Of a DNA stretch of 64,000 nucleotides, positions 39,567 to 51,140 are shown one piece after another. The stretch's first letter is position 1. The number at the start of each line of letters is the position of its first letter. Under the pieces are notes generated by a model, which did not search any database, was not told the DNA's origin, and saw nothing but the letters and a program-made list of their open reading frames with translations. The translations under genes were made by a program, and so were the position numbers. The stretch lies in assembly GCA_028023455.1 (NCBI GenBank), contig JAQFVV010000002.1, positions 22,444,001 through 22,508,000 on the forward strand, read 5' to 3'. This DNA is from Epiperipatus broadwayi. Lineage: Eukaryota; Animalia; Onychophora.

Positions 39567-39608
39567 TCAACTGATGAGTGTTTGTTCTGCATGAAATGTA
39601 CATCTTGG
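39567..39608 (+). ncRNA. Minimal hammerhead, family B, sense to host pre-mRNA
   Basis: tcaa CTGATGA gtgt-ttgttct-gcat GAAA tgtaca TC^ ttgg; palindromic ATGTACAT. Confidence 0.7.
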
Positions 39609-39811
39609 AGATCCTTTGTCTTTGATCATATGTTTTAGGAATGTGTGATGGAATAGAGGTTTGAAATATATCTCAATATATATGATATAATAACAATAAA
39701 AGTGAAAGACACACTGATAAAAACAAAAATCTTTAATATATATACTTTTACAATATTCTAAAGTTGTTATATATAAAAAAAAATTATATTTCTCTATTTT
39801 TTTTTTTTTAG

Positions 39812-40408
39812 GTTATGAAGTAATAAAAGTGAAAGCTAAAGATGGTGATGCATCATATTATTACAGTAAAGTTGTTTACCGAATTGATAAAGGAGCCGAT
39901 GACAAATTTATTATTGATTCTGATTCGGGAGCCATATCTGTGGCCCCAAATGCTGTTCTAGATCATGAGCGAAAGAAGAAATATGAACTTCATATTATTG
40001 CATTAGATGGTGGTCTGGGTAACGATCAAAAAAATGGAACAACTATTGTTGAAATAAACATAATTGATGTGAACAATAAACACCCATCATTCAAACCTTT
40101 TAAAACTCAAATTTGGATCCCTGAGGATGCACCACTAGGTACACCTATTAGTGAAAACATTACAGCAGAAGATCCAGATGAGGATCCGCAATTGGTCTAT
40201 TCTATAATCTCTGTTGAAGAAGCACAAAAGGAAGGCGGAGCTGCTGTATCGTTGAAAGACTACAATTATCATTCTTTATTTACAATTAATAATGATGGTG
40301 TTGTTTTTGTCAATAAAACGTTGGATAGGGAACAAATGGAAAAAGTAAAGTTAGTAATACAAGTTGAAGATAAGGCTGCTGTTGAAAAAAAGCCCCAAAC
40401 TGCTACAG
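39812..40408 (+). CDS. Cad88C: Cadherin exon 9 (597 bp)
   Basis: tttag|GT...G|gtatat; YEVIKVKAKDGD...ALDGGLGND...IDVNNKHP...LDREQMEK...PQTAT; track ORF 39829-40428. Confidence 0.96.
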
Positions 40409-40634
40409 GTATATCAGAGTTTGTCTGAAAGTTTGTGATAATAGTATTTTAGTTGTAATTATATGTTGAAATATTTCCAAATAGTATTTTAGTTGTAATT
40501 ATATGTTGGAAAATTTTTCCCATCATCTATTATTCATTGTTAAATGACTTGAGAAAAATTTAAACTTTTCAAATACATTCAATTGGTAACAATAGTGCAC
40601 ATATTAGCATATAACATAATTTTTTTTTTAGTAT

Positions 40635-41270
40635 TATTCTTATCTCTTATTCAGATGTTGCTAACCTAACTAGTGGCAATACTAGTATGGGAATTGAGTC
40701 AGGGACATTTAGATTCATGAGCATTGAATTTAAGATGTCAGAATATCCTAGTTGATTAGAGTATCACCTTAAATTCAATATTCTTCAAGAAGTATAACTA
40801 TTCTTTCTTATTGCATTGCCAAATGTATACCATATAATACTAAATTTTCCATTCTCTTTACTCCTGTTACACAATGCTTTATTTACCACCCTTTTTTACA
40901 GTTTTGATTGCCCCAGCAATCTTCTTCAGAACTTTATATCTCCTAGCCTCAAATTTGAATTTAGAGTTGAGGCTAGGGTATATCAAGTTCTGAAGAAGAT
41001 TGCTGAAGCAATCAAAACTGTAAACTGTAAAAAGAGTGGTAAATAAAGCATTGTGCAACAGTAGTAAAGTGAATGAACAATTTAGTATTATATGAAATTC
41101 AATATTCATGAATCTAAAGGTCCTTGGTTCAATTCCGTTTACTAGTATTGTAATTGATGAGCTCCAGTAACATTTGAAGAAGAGAGTGATACCATGCGAA
41201 ATGTGTCATATATGACTTGTGCGATATTAATAACAGTTAAATATATTTGGAAAGTTTAAATAAAGTTTGA
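40635..41270. repeat. Nested fold-back: family C palindrome (40831-41094) flanked by inverted family D heads
   Basis: Arms 40831-40952 and 40966-41094; HHRs at 40895-40933 (-) and 40986-41026 (+), both G12>A; D-type HHR relic about 41168-41210. Confidence 0.82.
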
Positions 41271-41375
41271 AATAATCCAAAATAAATTATAGGTATATTG
41301 TTTATTTAAATTAAATAAAGTATTTACTTGTTAAAGTAATATATTATCTGATGTATTATTATTATTTTTTAACAG

Positions 41376-41603
41376 CAACTTTGACAATCAATATTGAAGA
41401 TGTAAATGATAATGACCCAGTATTTCACTTTCCTTCCGTAAACCATGATCACTACTATAGATCGGTTTATGAAAACTCACCTCGTGGTTCCCCTGTTCTT
41501 ACTGTTATTGCTAGTGATGTAGATAAAAATCGAACGATTACTTATAGTATAGATGGAAAAAATCAGCCACAGCATGAGCTTTTTGAGATTGATCAAAATT
41601 CAG
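41376..41603 (+). CDS. Cad88C: Cadherin exon 10
   Basis: aacag|CA...G|gtattt; TLTINIEDVNDNDP...ASDVDKNRTITYSIDG...IDQNS; ASDVDKNRTITY matches my recollection of Cad88C. Confidence 0.95.
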
Positions 41604-42048
41604 GTATTTTTTTTATTTATTATTTTTATGTTAATGATATCTGATATAAATTGTTCAACATCTTCCAATACATATAAAAGTTTATATTAATTGAGGACGC
41701 TAAAATTAATTTCCATGCAGATAATAAAATTGGATTTAAAAAAATTAAATTTGATAATTAGTTAGGATAAATACTACTAAAATATTAATTAATATAATTC
41801 ATATTCCATATACCAAAAATTGTATTTTTTGTATTGGTTATCTATTGTGAATATATTTGCTTTCAATATTATTTCATCTTTATATTTATAAGCATATTAT
41901 GTCCATATTATATATCCAAAATTCTTTTTATAACTTGAAAGTGATAATCAAGTACAAATGAAACATATAATAATCATACAGCATATAATTAAAACATATC
42001 TAACCTTTTAAATTTTATCTTTCTTATTGCATTGCCAAATCCATATAA

Positions 42049-42095
42049 TATTGTTCTGAAGAAGATTGCTGGAGCAATGGAAACTGTCAATAGTA
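42049..42095 (+). ncRNA. Minimal hammerhead, family C
   Basis: tattgtt CTGAAGA a gattgc-tgga-gcaatg GAAA ctg TC^ aatagta; GUC; 10.1-11.1 pair mismatched. Confidence 0.62.
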
Positions 42096-42479
42096 GGTTG
42101 TAAAAAGTAATAAAGAATATTAATATTAACCTGATGAATACTTGATATTTAATTTTAAATAATTTTTCATAAATTCTATTATATTAGAAAGTATCTCTAT
42201 TAAGAAAAAAACTATCATAAACACTTTGTTTAGGCAGAAAAACTGTCCAAATGAAACATGGATGTATCCATATACAAACAATAACATTTAATAGATTACA
42301 TTATAGTTAAGAATCAGAATACAAGAGAAGTTCATATTATATGAGCATTGTGCATATTGTAGATAGACCATAAATTAGTACAAATACATTAAAAAGTATA
42401 TCTTATTTAAGCCATACAAGAAAATTGATGTTCGTTATTTAAAAGTATCTGCTATATGTACTAAATTTCAATAGCTATT

Positions 42480-45020
42480 AAACATTAAAATTGTTAATTT
42501 GGACTTCCAGGATTATTATATTATTGAGTCGTGGTGAAACATGGAATTCCTTTAAGGATTGTATTATGGATACATGTAAATCTATTCTTGGTGTCACTAA
42601 AAAGAAGAATCATGACTGGTTTTTTGACAATGATCTTATTATTAGTAATTTTATTAAAAGGAAATAGGTGGCATTTTCTCATTGGCAAAATAATAAATGT
42701 GGAACTTCATAATAAATACTGTATAGAGATCTGAAGACTGAAGTTTAATGATTGGCAGGAAGGCTTTAAAATGTTTGGTAGATTAAAACTACAAACAGAT
42801 GCAGACATTTGCTGTTTGTCAGCACTCTAGGTCTGTTTTTGATGCACTGAAACCAACATATGGACCTGAGAAATGGTATCACAATCCTTTTAAATCCAGC
42901 AATGATACTCATAAGATGATAATGGTATTTTGAACAGATGAAAGAAAAATTTTGATCACCTTTTAAATAATGATACAAGAATTGATATCACAACTGTTAG
43001 TGGTACATTCGTTTTATCTATTCAATGATTTCAACAAAGATGTTGAACTTAGTGAAGTCAAAACAGTTGTTTGCCATCTTGAAAATGGAAAAGCTGCAGG
43101 TTTTGATGAAATAACAGGAGAAATTTTAAAATATGTTGGTGATATATTAGCTTCAAAAATATTGCAATTTTTTTGGATTTTATAGACCAATGAAATTATA
43201 TCACATGATCTTAAGTTTCTTCTATTGTAGCATTTATTGAGGAATATCATTATTATTCATTAAAGCAAACATTTTCCAGGATTCTATTGAATTGATGAAT
43301 GGTTATCGGAGGAGACTCACGGATATGGTTTTAGAAAATCAAGAAGCATTGTAGACATGGTTTTTATTGCCAGGATTTGCAAAAAAACTGTCAGAAGAAG
43401 GGAGTGATTCATTTATTGTTTTTATTGATTTGATTCAGTTTATTAAACATATTCATGGCATTATTTGAAATTAGTTGATTGTTCATCTAAATTGATTTGT
43501 ATTATATAGTTGCTACATGATGGAATTAAGAGGAAGTATTATTACTACAGGTGGAAAATCAGAGACATTTGAAATGAAAGCTGGTATTAAATGATTATGT
43601 GTACATACTTCCAATTTTTATGCCAGTTGTTTTTAAAACTGTTTATAGGCATCTCAATGAAGTAGTGATCAAGATGGAAACAGGTTAATCCAACCATAGA
43701 TTGATGTGAATTATTTTGTCTTTTGACCAATTCACCCCCTGGTGAATGTTTTCATAAATATTATACGATAAAATGCATGTAAAACGGTATATTTTATTAT
43801 AATTAATTTTTTGCTGAAAATTTTGCGCTAAAAAGCAGGCAATTCAAAATTCCTGCTCTTATAGCAGACATAACCTCCACCCTGACATGTTCAGCCATTA
43901 TGTGTTGCCAAGGCAGTAAAACATTCAACATTTTACGACATATTATGGTTTTAGATTTATTTATTTTTTTAAATAATTTACACTATATTTATTAGATATC
44001 AAGAAATATAAATTATTAATAACTTATTTTGACTTGAAATACTTTATTTTCGAAAATATAACATTATATTAGCAGCTAACATAAATATGGCCTGAAGCAA
44101 TTTACAAAACTAGCTTTGACATAAACAATCTACTTTATATTTATGAGTAAGAAAATATCGCAATTTTGCAATAAATATTCAAAAAAATTAAACTTTTAAA
44201 GCATAATTCATTAGATATAAGAGAAATAAATAATTATTCATTCGGATGTTTAAAAATAGTAAGAATTAAAATATATTTCATTGATTTTATAAACTGAAAA
44301 TAATCTTTCTAAAAATGATGACATGTAAAGTCTTTGTTTTGATTGCAGTCTCATTTGTTTAATATTTATAGAAACAAAATGTTAACATTTAAAATTTATT
44401 TCAGTAGTAAACAAAAATATCTATCAAATGAAGTCAAATTTATTATTTTCTGATAAGTAATAATCCTTTTATCATATATTTTACGTTGATGTGTGAGACA
44501 AAGAAAAATGTCAGAAAATGCTGAAATGTGTGAAAAGTTTGCTGCATTTCAGAAAGAGTAACAATAAAATTTTAAATTTCAATTGATAAAAAGCAAAAAA
44601 TAGGAACTTCATCTTTTAGATTTTTGATTTACAGTGAGCTGATGATTGTGTTCTTTTTGCTGGTTCAAAAGATGATTTACAGAATGTTTTTAATATTTTG
44701 AATGCAATATTTGTTTAATAATTAATGTTCAAAAAATTCAAATTTTTTATCAACTAGTAATAGAAGAAAAATCCTCAGCAACTTATAGCTTGGAAGATTA
44801 TCAATTTAAGAATATAAAACAGTTTAAATATCTTGGGTAATTTTATAAGTAGAAAAAGTGGACTTAGATGTTGAGGTTCAACCCAGACTTTAATGTGCTG
44901 CTTCTGTTTTTAATAAGTTAAAAGATAGGATATTTTTATCACAGGGAAATAACTTCCGCAACTAAGTTAGCAATATACTATTTTACATAATTTATTGTGT
45001 GGAAGTGAGACTTGAACGTA
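42480..45020 (+). mobile_element. Decayed RTE-BovB-like LINE interrupted by unrelated DNA (about 43700-44630)
   Basis: ENGKAAGFDEITGEILK near 43080; GFRKSRSIVDMVF near 43330; ADDCVLFAGSKDDLQ near 44640; FKYLG near 44820. Confidence 0.7.
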
Positions 45021-45219
45021 CTGAAAGTGAATAATGTTTTATTTATTTAATCAAAGTTAATTTTGATTGTTTGAAGGAAGTGTGATTAATTTATTCTTTT
45101 AATTAATTAAATGATTGAAAAACTTTCCATCTGTCTTTATTTAGTTCTAAAATTAAATTTCCTTCCTTTAGTTATATCTGAAGTTTATTATTTGTTCATG
45201 AGTATATTATTAAATCCTA

Positions 45220-45385
45220 AGAGATTGGCTAGAAAGAAATCACATGTGAGATAGATGGATTGATGGAATAAAAAGTTTGCTGGTATGTTGTGGAGATGAA
45301 AGATTAAGAATTGGAGAAATTGGATTAAATATGGAGAGGCCTTTATCCTTCAGTGGACTGATAATGGTTGAAAATGATGAAATAA
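45220..45385 (+). mobile_element. RTE LINE 3' end
   Basis: cacatgtgagat...cagtggactgataatggttga matches the 19970-20100 tail. Confidence 0.7.
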
Positions 45386-45721
45386 TACTATTGGCAGAAA
45401 AATTGTGTTTCGGATCCATTATAGATATATTGTTGCCTTTGTCATTATATTTGGGTTTAATTGAGTTAGAATTGGGCATTTTTAAAATTTTCTATAAACA
45501 TTGGAGGAGATGGGTGGGATGACTTGAATTTACAGTTTTCCAACTAGTTTTGTATTCATTGATAGGTTATTTATTTGTATTATCATTAATCAGTCATTTT
45601 TATTTAATCAGTGAATTACAAGATTCACACTAAAGAGCATATATAAAATATATATATATATAATACAAATAAAATGTCCGTTACTTAAAAAAACTATTGT
45701 AATAACAATAAAAATAATAAA

Positions 45722-45879
45722 TATAATGGTAATTAACTATTATATACAGCCTTTCAATCAACAGAAGTACTTTCGGTTAATTCCTTAACCTGCCTTGACT
45801 GCACTAAGGCAGATTAAGGAATTAACCGAAAATACTTCGTGAATTGAAAGACTGTATATAATAGTTAATTACCATTATA
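45722..45879. repeat. Fold-back palindrome (arms about 75 bp, 9-nt loop)
   Basis: Arms 45722-45796 and 45806-45879. Confidence 0.85.
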
Positions 45880-46019
45880 GTTTTAAAATATGTATTAAGT
45901 TATTTTTTAAGTGCAGCAATAACAGACTTTGGACTGTTAGGTCTTTGGATTGATTCCAGTTCTGGCATTTCCAGCACTTCAATTTTTTATTAATTCCTGA
46001 GCAATAAAGCCATTTGATT

Positions 46020-46410
46020 ATAATTATAATTTGTCCATCTTACTTCAAAACTTCTTAGCAAAAAAATTTTTGTTGTACAAATACACACACAATCTGATGT
46101 TTTGACTGTCCTGCAATCTTCCTCAGAATCATTCATATCTCGATTTTGAAAAATTTTAAGAAATTGTTAGAGTGGCTTTGAAGAAGGCTGCAGGACAAAC
46201 GAAACACAATCTGATGTTTCGACTATCCTGCAATCTTCCTCAGAACCATTCATATCTCAATTTTGAAAAATTTGAAGAAATTGTTAGAGTGGCTCTGAGG
46301 AAGGCTGCAGGACAAATGAAACATGAGATTGTGTGTGTATATGTACAATAAAAATTTTTTTGCTAAAATGTATTTGAAATAAAGTGAACAAATTGTATCA
46401 TTATTTATTT
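46020..46410. repeat. Inverted flanks enclosing 2 x 117-bp tandem units with four family C HHR motifs
   Basis: aatctgatg at 46091 and 46208; HHR relics at 46093(-), 46174(+), 46210(-), 46291(+). Confidence 0.82.
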
Positions 46411-46493
46411 TATTCATATTGTTGATCTTTTGTGTATGTATTAAATATATGTATTCAATTTAGTACAATCATAATTCTGTTCTTGAATATTAG

Positions 46494-46807
46494 GTGAAAT
46501 AACAATTAAAAATAACATTGACAGAGAGCAGTATGAGTGGATCAATTTCACCATTAGAGCAACCGATAATGGAGTACCTTCTCGTTACAGCATTGCTAAA
46601 ATTTTTATTTTCATTATTGATGTGAACGATAACACTCCAGCTTTCAAAGAATATGAAAAGGTGTTAAAAATTTCAGAAGATATCAAAAATGGTACAATTA
46701 TAAGTCATGTTAAAGCAAGTGATCCTGACACGGGCGCATATGGAACAATTACTTATCTCTTAGACAAAGAATCTGGAAGAGGAAAATTTGGCATTAGTGC
46801 TGCTTCA
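46494..46807 (+). CDS. Cad88C: Cadherin exon 11
   Basis: tattag|GT...TCA|gtaagt; EITIKNNIDREQYEWINFTIRATDNGVP...IDVNDNTP...GKFGISAAS. Confidence 0.95.
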
Positions 46808-46873
46808 GTAAGTTTTAAATTTGATTATGAATGTATATTATTATTATTCCCATGCTTCATTTTTTTTAACTAT

Positions 46874-47280
46874 TATTTCATTCCAATATCAGCCTTTCAA
46901 GCTAATTGAGCATGCGCCTTTGAGAGTGTTAAATAAATGAATACTCTCCTCTTCAATCCAAGATATAGCATTTATGCAGGAATAAAAAGAATCCCTCTTA
47001 TTCCTATGACTCAAATTCTTTTATATGAGCAAATCTGAAGAACTTCTGAAGAGAGTGTCACATCGTAAATAGTAATTTAAAGTGAGAATCCACTCACGCT
47101 CTCTTCAGAAGTTCTTCAGATTTGCTCATATAAAAGAATTTGAGTCATAGGAATAAGAGGGATTCTTTTTATTCCTGCATAAATGCTATATCTTGGATTG
47201 AAGAGGAGAGTATTCATTTATTTAACACTCTCAAAGGCGCGTGCTCAATTAGCTTGAAAGGCTGATATTGGAATGGAATA
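46874..47280. repeat. Near-perfect hairpin, 185-bp arms, 37-nt loop
   Basis: Arms 46874-47058 and 47096-47280 with about 3 mismatches seen. Confidence 0.93.
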
Positions 47281-49022
47281 TAAGCACGGTGCTAGATAAA
47301 ATATTTGCTTATTTAACTATTATTAAAACATTAACATTTTATTTGTATAGATTTTATTCCTATGTTTTGACCTTTACATATAGATCATCTTCAAGGATTT
47401 TAAACATATATCTTAAGATTGAATAAATAAATCAAAATAATGGCAACATCAAAATCAGATTTTTATCACTTAAATATGACTTACGATTATTCTTTTAACT
47501 TTTTTTAGCAGTGAAATACTATTTTCTCAAACAAAATCTATGGTTTTTTTTTGTTCACAGCTCAAAGTTTAATATTAATATTCTGGTGCTTTTTCCTTGC
47601 AGAGAAAGATTTAATTCATTCACTTTTTTAAAAAAATCAATTAGATAAGTTATTAGACATATCCAATAATAGTCACAAAAATAAATTGAGACATTTATGT
47701 GCAGGGGCAGCGGTAATCAAGGAGGAATATTTAAAGCTTATCCTTTAATTCTAAAACTCTTTATGTGATAAAACAATTTCCTTCAGTGTGATATAACGTT
47801 TCATAAATTAAGACCATTACTTTACATAGAACACAAAAGAAATCTTTGTAAGTGACTTAATGCTTTATAAAATGAGCTATGTTAGAATCATCTGATAAAA
47901 CCTTATTTAATTCTTCTCTCAATTTTTGAAAAAGTAAATGTTCTCTATGAAAGTCTCCGTGTTTGGACTAAGTTGTTTCATCTCTAATGTAAATCCCAAA
48001 ATATTTCTAATTGTAACCATATTTTCTGTGCAAACAGTTAAAAGCCAATCAAATCCATTTGCTGAAAAAAAAAAAAAAATCTTATTTAAGATATGTATTC
48101 CTTAGAAGTAATAAAAAGATTTCAAAAAATAACAAATTTTCATGATGCCAATAATCATGCATATATCTTACAAAAATCCTTAAATTAGCATCATTTTTAA
48201 CTGTCTATGGATTTATTGAATTGGATAGCAAGTGTTTTCCTTTATCTGATACAAGATACTAATTTACATCTAATATTATCACCAATACAATCAATTCTTT
48301 TTTTTAATCATGCCATTAGATATAGAATTTTTTAAAAAAGACTGGACTTTGCAATAAAATGTGGACTCTTCATAAATTTGATTCCAATACAGCAATTTCA
48401 AAAGTGGCATTTTCCATAATAGGTTGTAAATGTTTTCAAAATATTTTTTTTTTTTTTTGTCTTTCAAAAAAATTCAACTGCTTTATTTTTATATTCATTT
48501 TGGACATCTTTAATTGCAGAACCAGTTTTCGGGTCTCATACAGTTATTTGATAATGTTGTGAGGCAAATCATGCAAAAAAGTTTTTCTGGATTATATTTT
48601 CAAGTCTTAACAGCTTAATTTTGTTTACTCTGTGGTAAGAAGAATGATTTTGGAAGTCCTAAGGATGCAGGAATGAAAGGATTTTCTCTGATACTTCTTC
48701 CCTTTCTGAAGAATAATTTTTTTTGATAATTGGACTTTTACTGATTGTAATGTTTCTTCAATTGATTTTATTTCTTCTCTCATTTCTTTTTCACTTTTTG
48801 GAGGTTTGTTTTCTCAGTATTATATTCTCTCTTTAACAAATTAGGGACTAAAACGTAAAGTCATTGTTATTTAACTAAATGAGTTTTGTCTTAATTTTGT
48901 ACTCAAGAATTAATACTGGGGATTGAATAAAAGTGAGAAAAGATTTTTAGAAACACTGCATTTATCAAAATCCTGGAAAATTAATCAGCAAAAATTGGGT
49001 TTAGAGGAATTTTATTTATTTG

Positions 49023-49238
49023 ATATACAAATTAAAAAAGCGTATGCAACACTTGAAAGAGAAGCTATACCGATTCCAAAAATTGTTATGCACTAAGCGC
49101 TTTCGAGGGCATTTGCCTCATATTCATAACACTGTGAATATGAGGCAAATGGCCTCGAAAGCGCTTAGCGCATAACAATTTTTGGAATCGGTATAGCTTC
49201 TCTTTCAAGTGTTGCATACGCTTTTTTAATTTGTATAT
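49023..49238. repeat. Fold-back palindrome of family E (PLE-type) end with head-to-head HHRs
   Basis: Arms 49023-49126 and 49135-49238; gtgaata t gaggc-aaatg-gcctc GAAA gcgc TT ag on + and an A3-U8 copy on -. Confidence 0.85.
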
Positions 49239-49882
49239 TAAATTATCGAGGGAGAAGTTTAAAAGCTGTATTATTTGATATCTAAATTTGTATGAAACAA
49301 ACAGAAAAGATTAATAATAATGGTCTTCTTAATAAAACATCCATTAACTATTTTTTTGTAGTTTTTAGTAAAGTAAAAAAAAATATTGTACTAATATTTT
49401 ATTAAGGGTGCTCAAATATTTAATGTACAAATATTTTTTATATTAAAAAATAGCTTTTATGCTATTTTTTGAATTCATTGAAATACCACTAAAAAGTATA
49501 AAATAATACAAATAATAAATTTTATATAGATAAAAAAACTTTTCTTAACAGTTATTATTTTTTGTTATTTTTTCTGGTATTTTTTTTATTATTAATATTT
49601 TTTTTAAAAAAAAATGTTTGCAACAAGTCATTCTTTAGTAAATCTTCTAGTATTACACTTTCTTCAATTGCATAGTTATTTTCAAATTTTTGTTTCATTT
49701 TATAATATTTTCTCATTAAAGTTATTGCAATTTTATTTAATCAAAATGCTGTGCTCGCTTATGGCCTCTTTGAAATCATTCCCTAACTTTCTGGGGGATG
49801 AGGGTTCCACCATTTTAAAAAATACTTTTATAGAAGACACATTGCAGTCATAAATCTTAAAGTTTTCCCTTTTTCTGGACAG

Positions 49883-50026
49883 TGTTTATGATGATGATGA
49901 TTATTATTATTATCTTTGGCCATCAAGTTGACATCTATTTCTAGCATCTCTTCTAGCAGTCATATGCTAGAAATAGATATCAACTTGATGGCCAAAGACA
50001 ATAATAATAATCATCATCACAAACAT
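49883..50026. repeat. Fold-back palindrome with (GAT)n(TAT)n ends
   Basis: Arms 49883-49947 and 49964-50026. Confidence 0.8.
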
Positions 50027-50189
50027 TTTCTTTATGGTAGTTTGTGTATAACTGTCCAACTCTAAGAACAGTCACTGGCTTACAGTCGCTTAGTTATTTC
50101 ATCAGAAGTTGATTGCTATTGACTACTGTTAATATTTAAATTTCCAAACTAGTGTTTATTATTTGTCTGAAGGTTTGTAATGATAGTAT

Positions 50190-50620
50190 ATTATTAGATG
50201 TGATATGTTGGACTATTTTCATCATCTATGAGTAAATGTTGAATGTATAGAAAATTTTAAACTTTATTTAAACTTTCCAAATACAAACAACTTGTTAGTA
50301 GTAACACACAAATAGACAACATGGGTTAGTAATTACATAACGTTGCAAGTAGTAGTATTCTCCACTCTTTTTCAGGTGTTGCTGGCCTATATGCACAGTG
50401 ACAATATTCGCTTTGACAGAATAGCTCACTTGGTAGAGTGTTTGCCTTAAATTCAATATTCAAGAATCTAAAGGTGTGAGTTCAACTTCTAAGCTAATAT
50501 TGTCACTGTGCATATAGGCCAGAACACCTGAAGAAGTGTGGAGAATAATACTACTCAAAATGTTGTGTAATTACAAACATGTGTTGTTACTAACAAGTTG
50601 TTTGTATTTGGAAAGTTTAA
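50190..50620. mobile_element. Family D head-to-head pair
   Basis: tagctcacttggtaga A-box near 50422; HHRs at 50524-50568 (+) and about 50340-50390 (-). Confidence 0.78.
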
Positions 50621-50689
50621 ATGGTGTTTTTTTACATTGTTGGCTTTTTTGAAAAACTTATTATGGATAGCATGTATTCTAATGAAGAG

Positions 50690-51140
50690 GTTGGTTCTGA
50701 GTATGCAGATATAAATAGACTAATGAATAATTCAAAGGATAGGGTTGAAGAAATGAATAAGTATGAAGTATTTTATTCAATTGCCCGCAGAGAAATTGGT
50801 TGTAATGCTATTTATTACGGTGAAATGAAGGCTAATGTTTTGATGTGATTGCAACAGCATGTTTATCAATATAAAAAAATCTAAAATTGATTTGCAAGTT
50901 AATTCTGTTTTTTCAAATCCTGAAAATATTTGTGGCTATGAGTTTTATCCTCAAAATATCTACTGTTTGTAATAAATCGAACGATAGAAAGAGGAAGTTA
51001 AAAGAGACTTGGTTTATTGTTAAGTCAAATAACATTATCAATCAGTGTAACACTAGTGTTCCACTGAGCATGCACTGGAATATTAACCCTCTATTTCCAA
51101 TATGTCGCCATGAGTCTGGAACAAAGTGGCAAAAGCGCTT
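50690..51140 (+). mobile_element. Third, older Penelope-like GIY-YIG remnant
   Basis: VFYSIARREIGCNAIYYGEM...RKRKLKETWFIVKSNNIINQ...W; followed by aaagcgctt (half of a family E HHR). Confidence 0.72.

Noticed and set aside
46088-46321. CRISPR-like array
   Set aside because: Eukaryotic intron, two near-identical units, no unique spacers and no cas genes.
47030-47120. Hammerhead within the 185-bp hairpin (CTGAAGA repeats)
   Set aside because: No GAAA-stem III-UH half could be placed on either strand.
48130-48900. Possible transposase remnant on the minus strand
   Set aside because: Broken frames with no recognisable catalytic motif.
21210-50490. Genuine tRNA genes at the A/B-box sites
   Set aside because: No acceptor or anticodon stems; the boxes are embedded in dispersed repeats.
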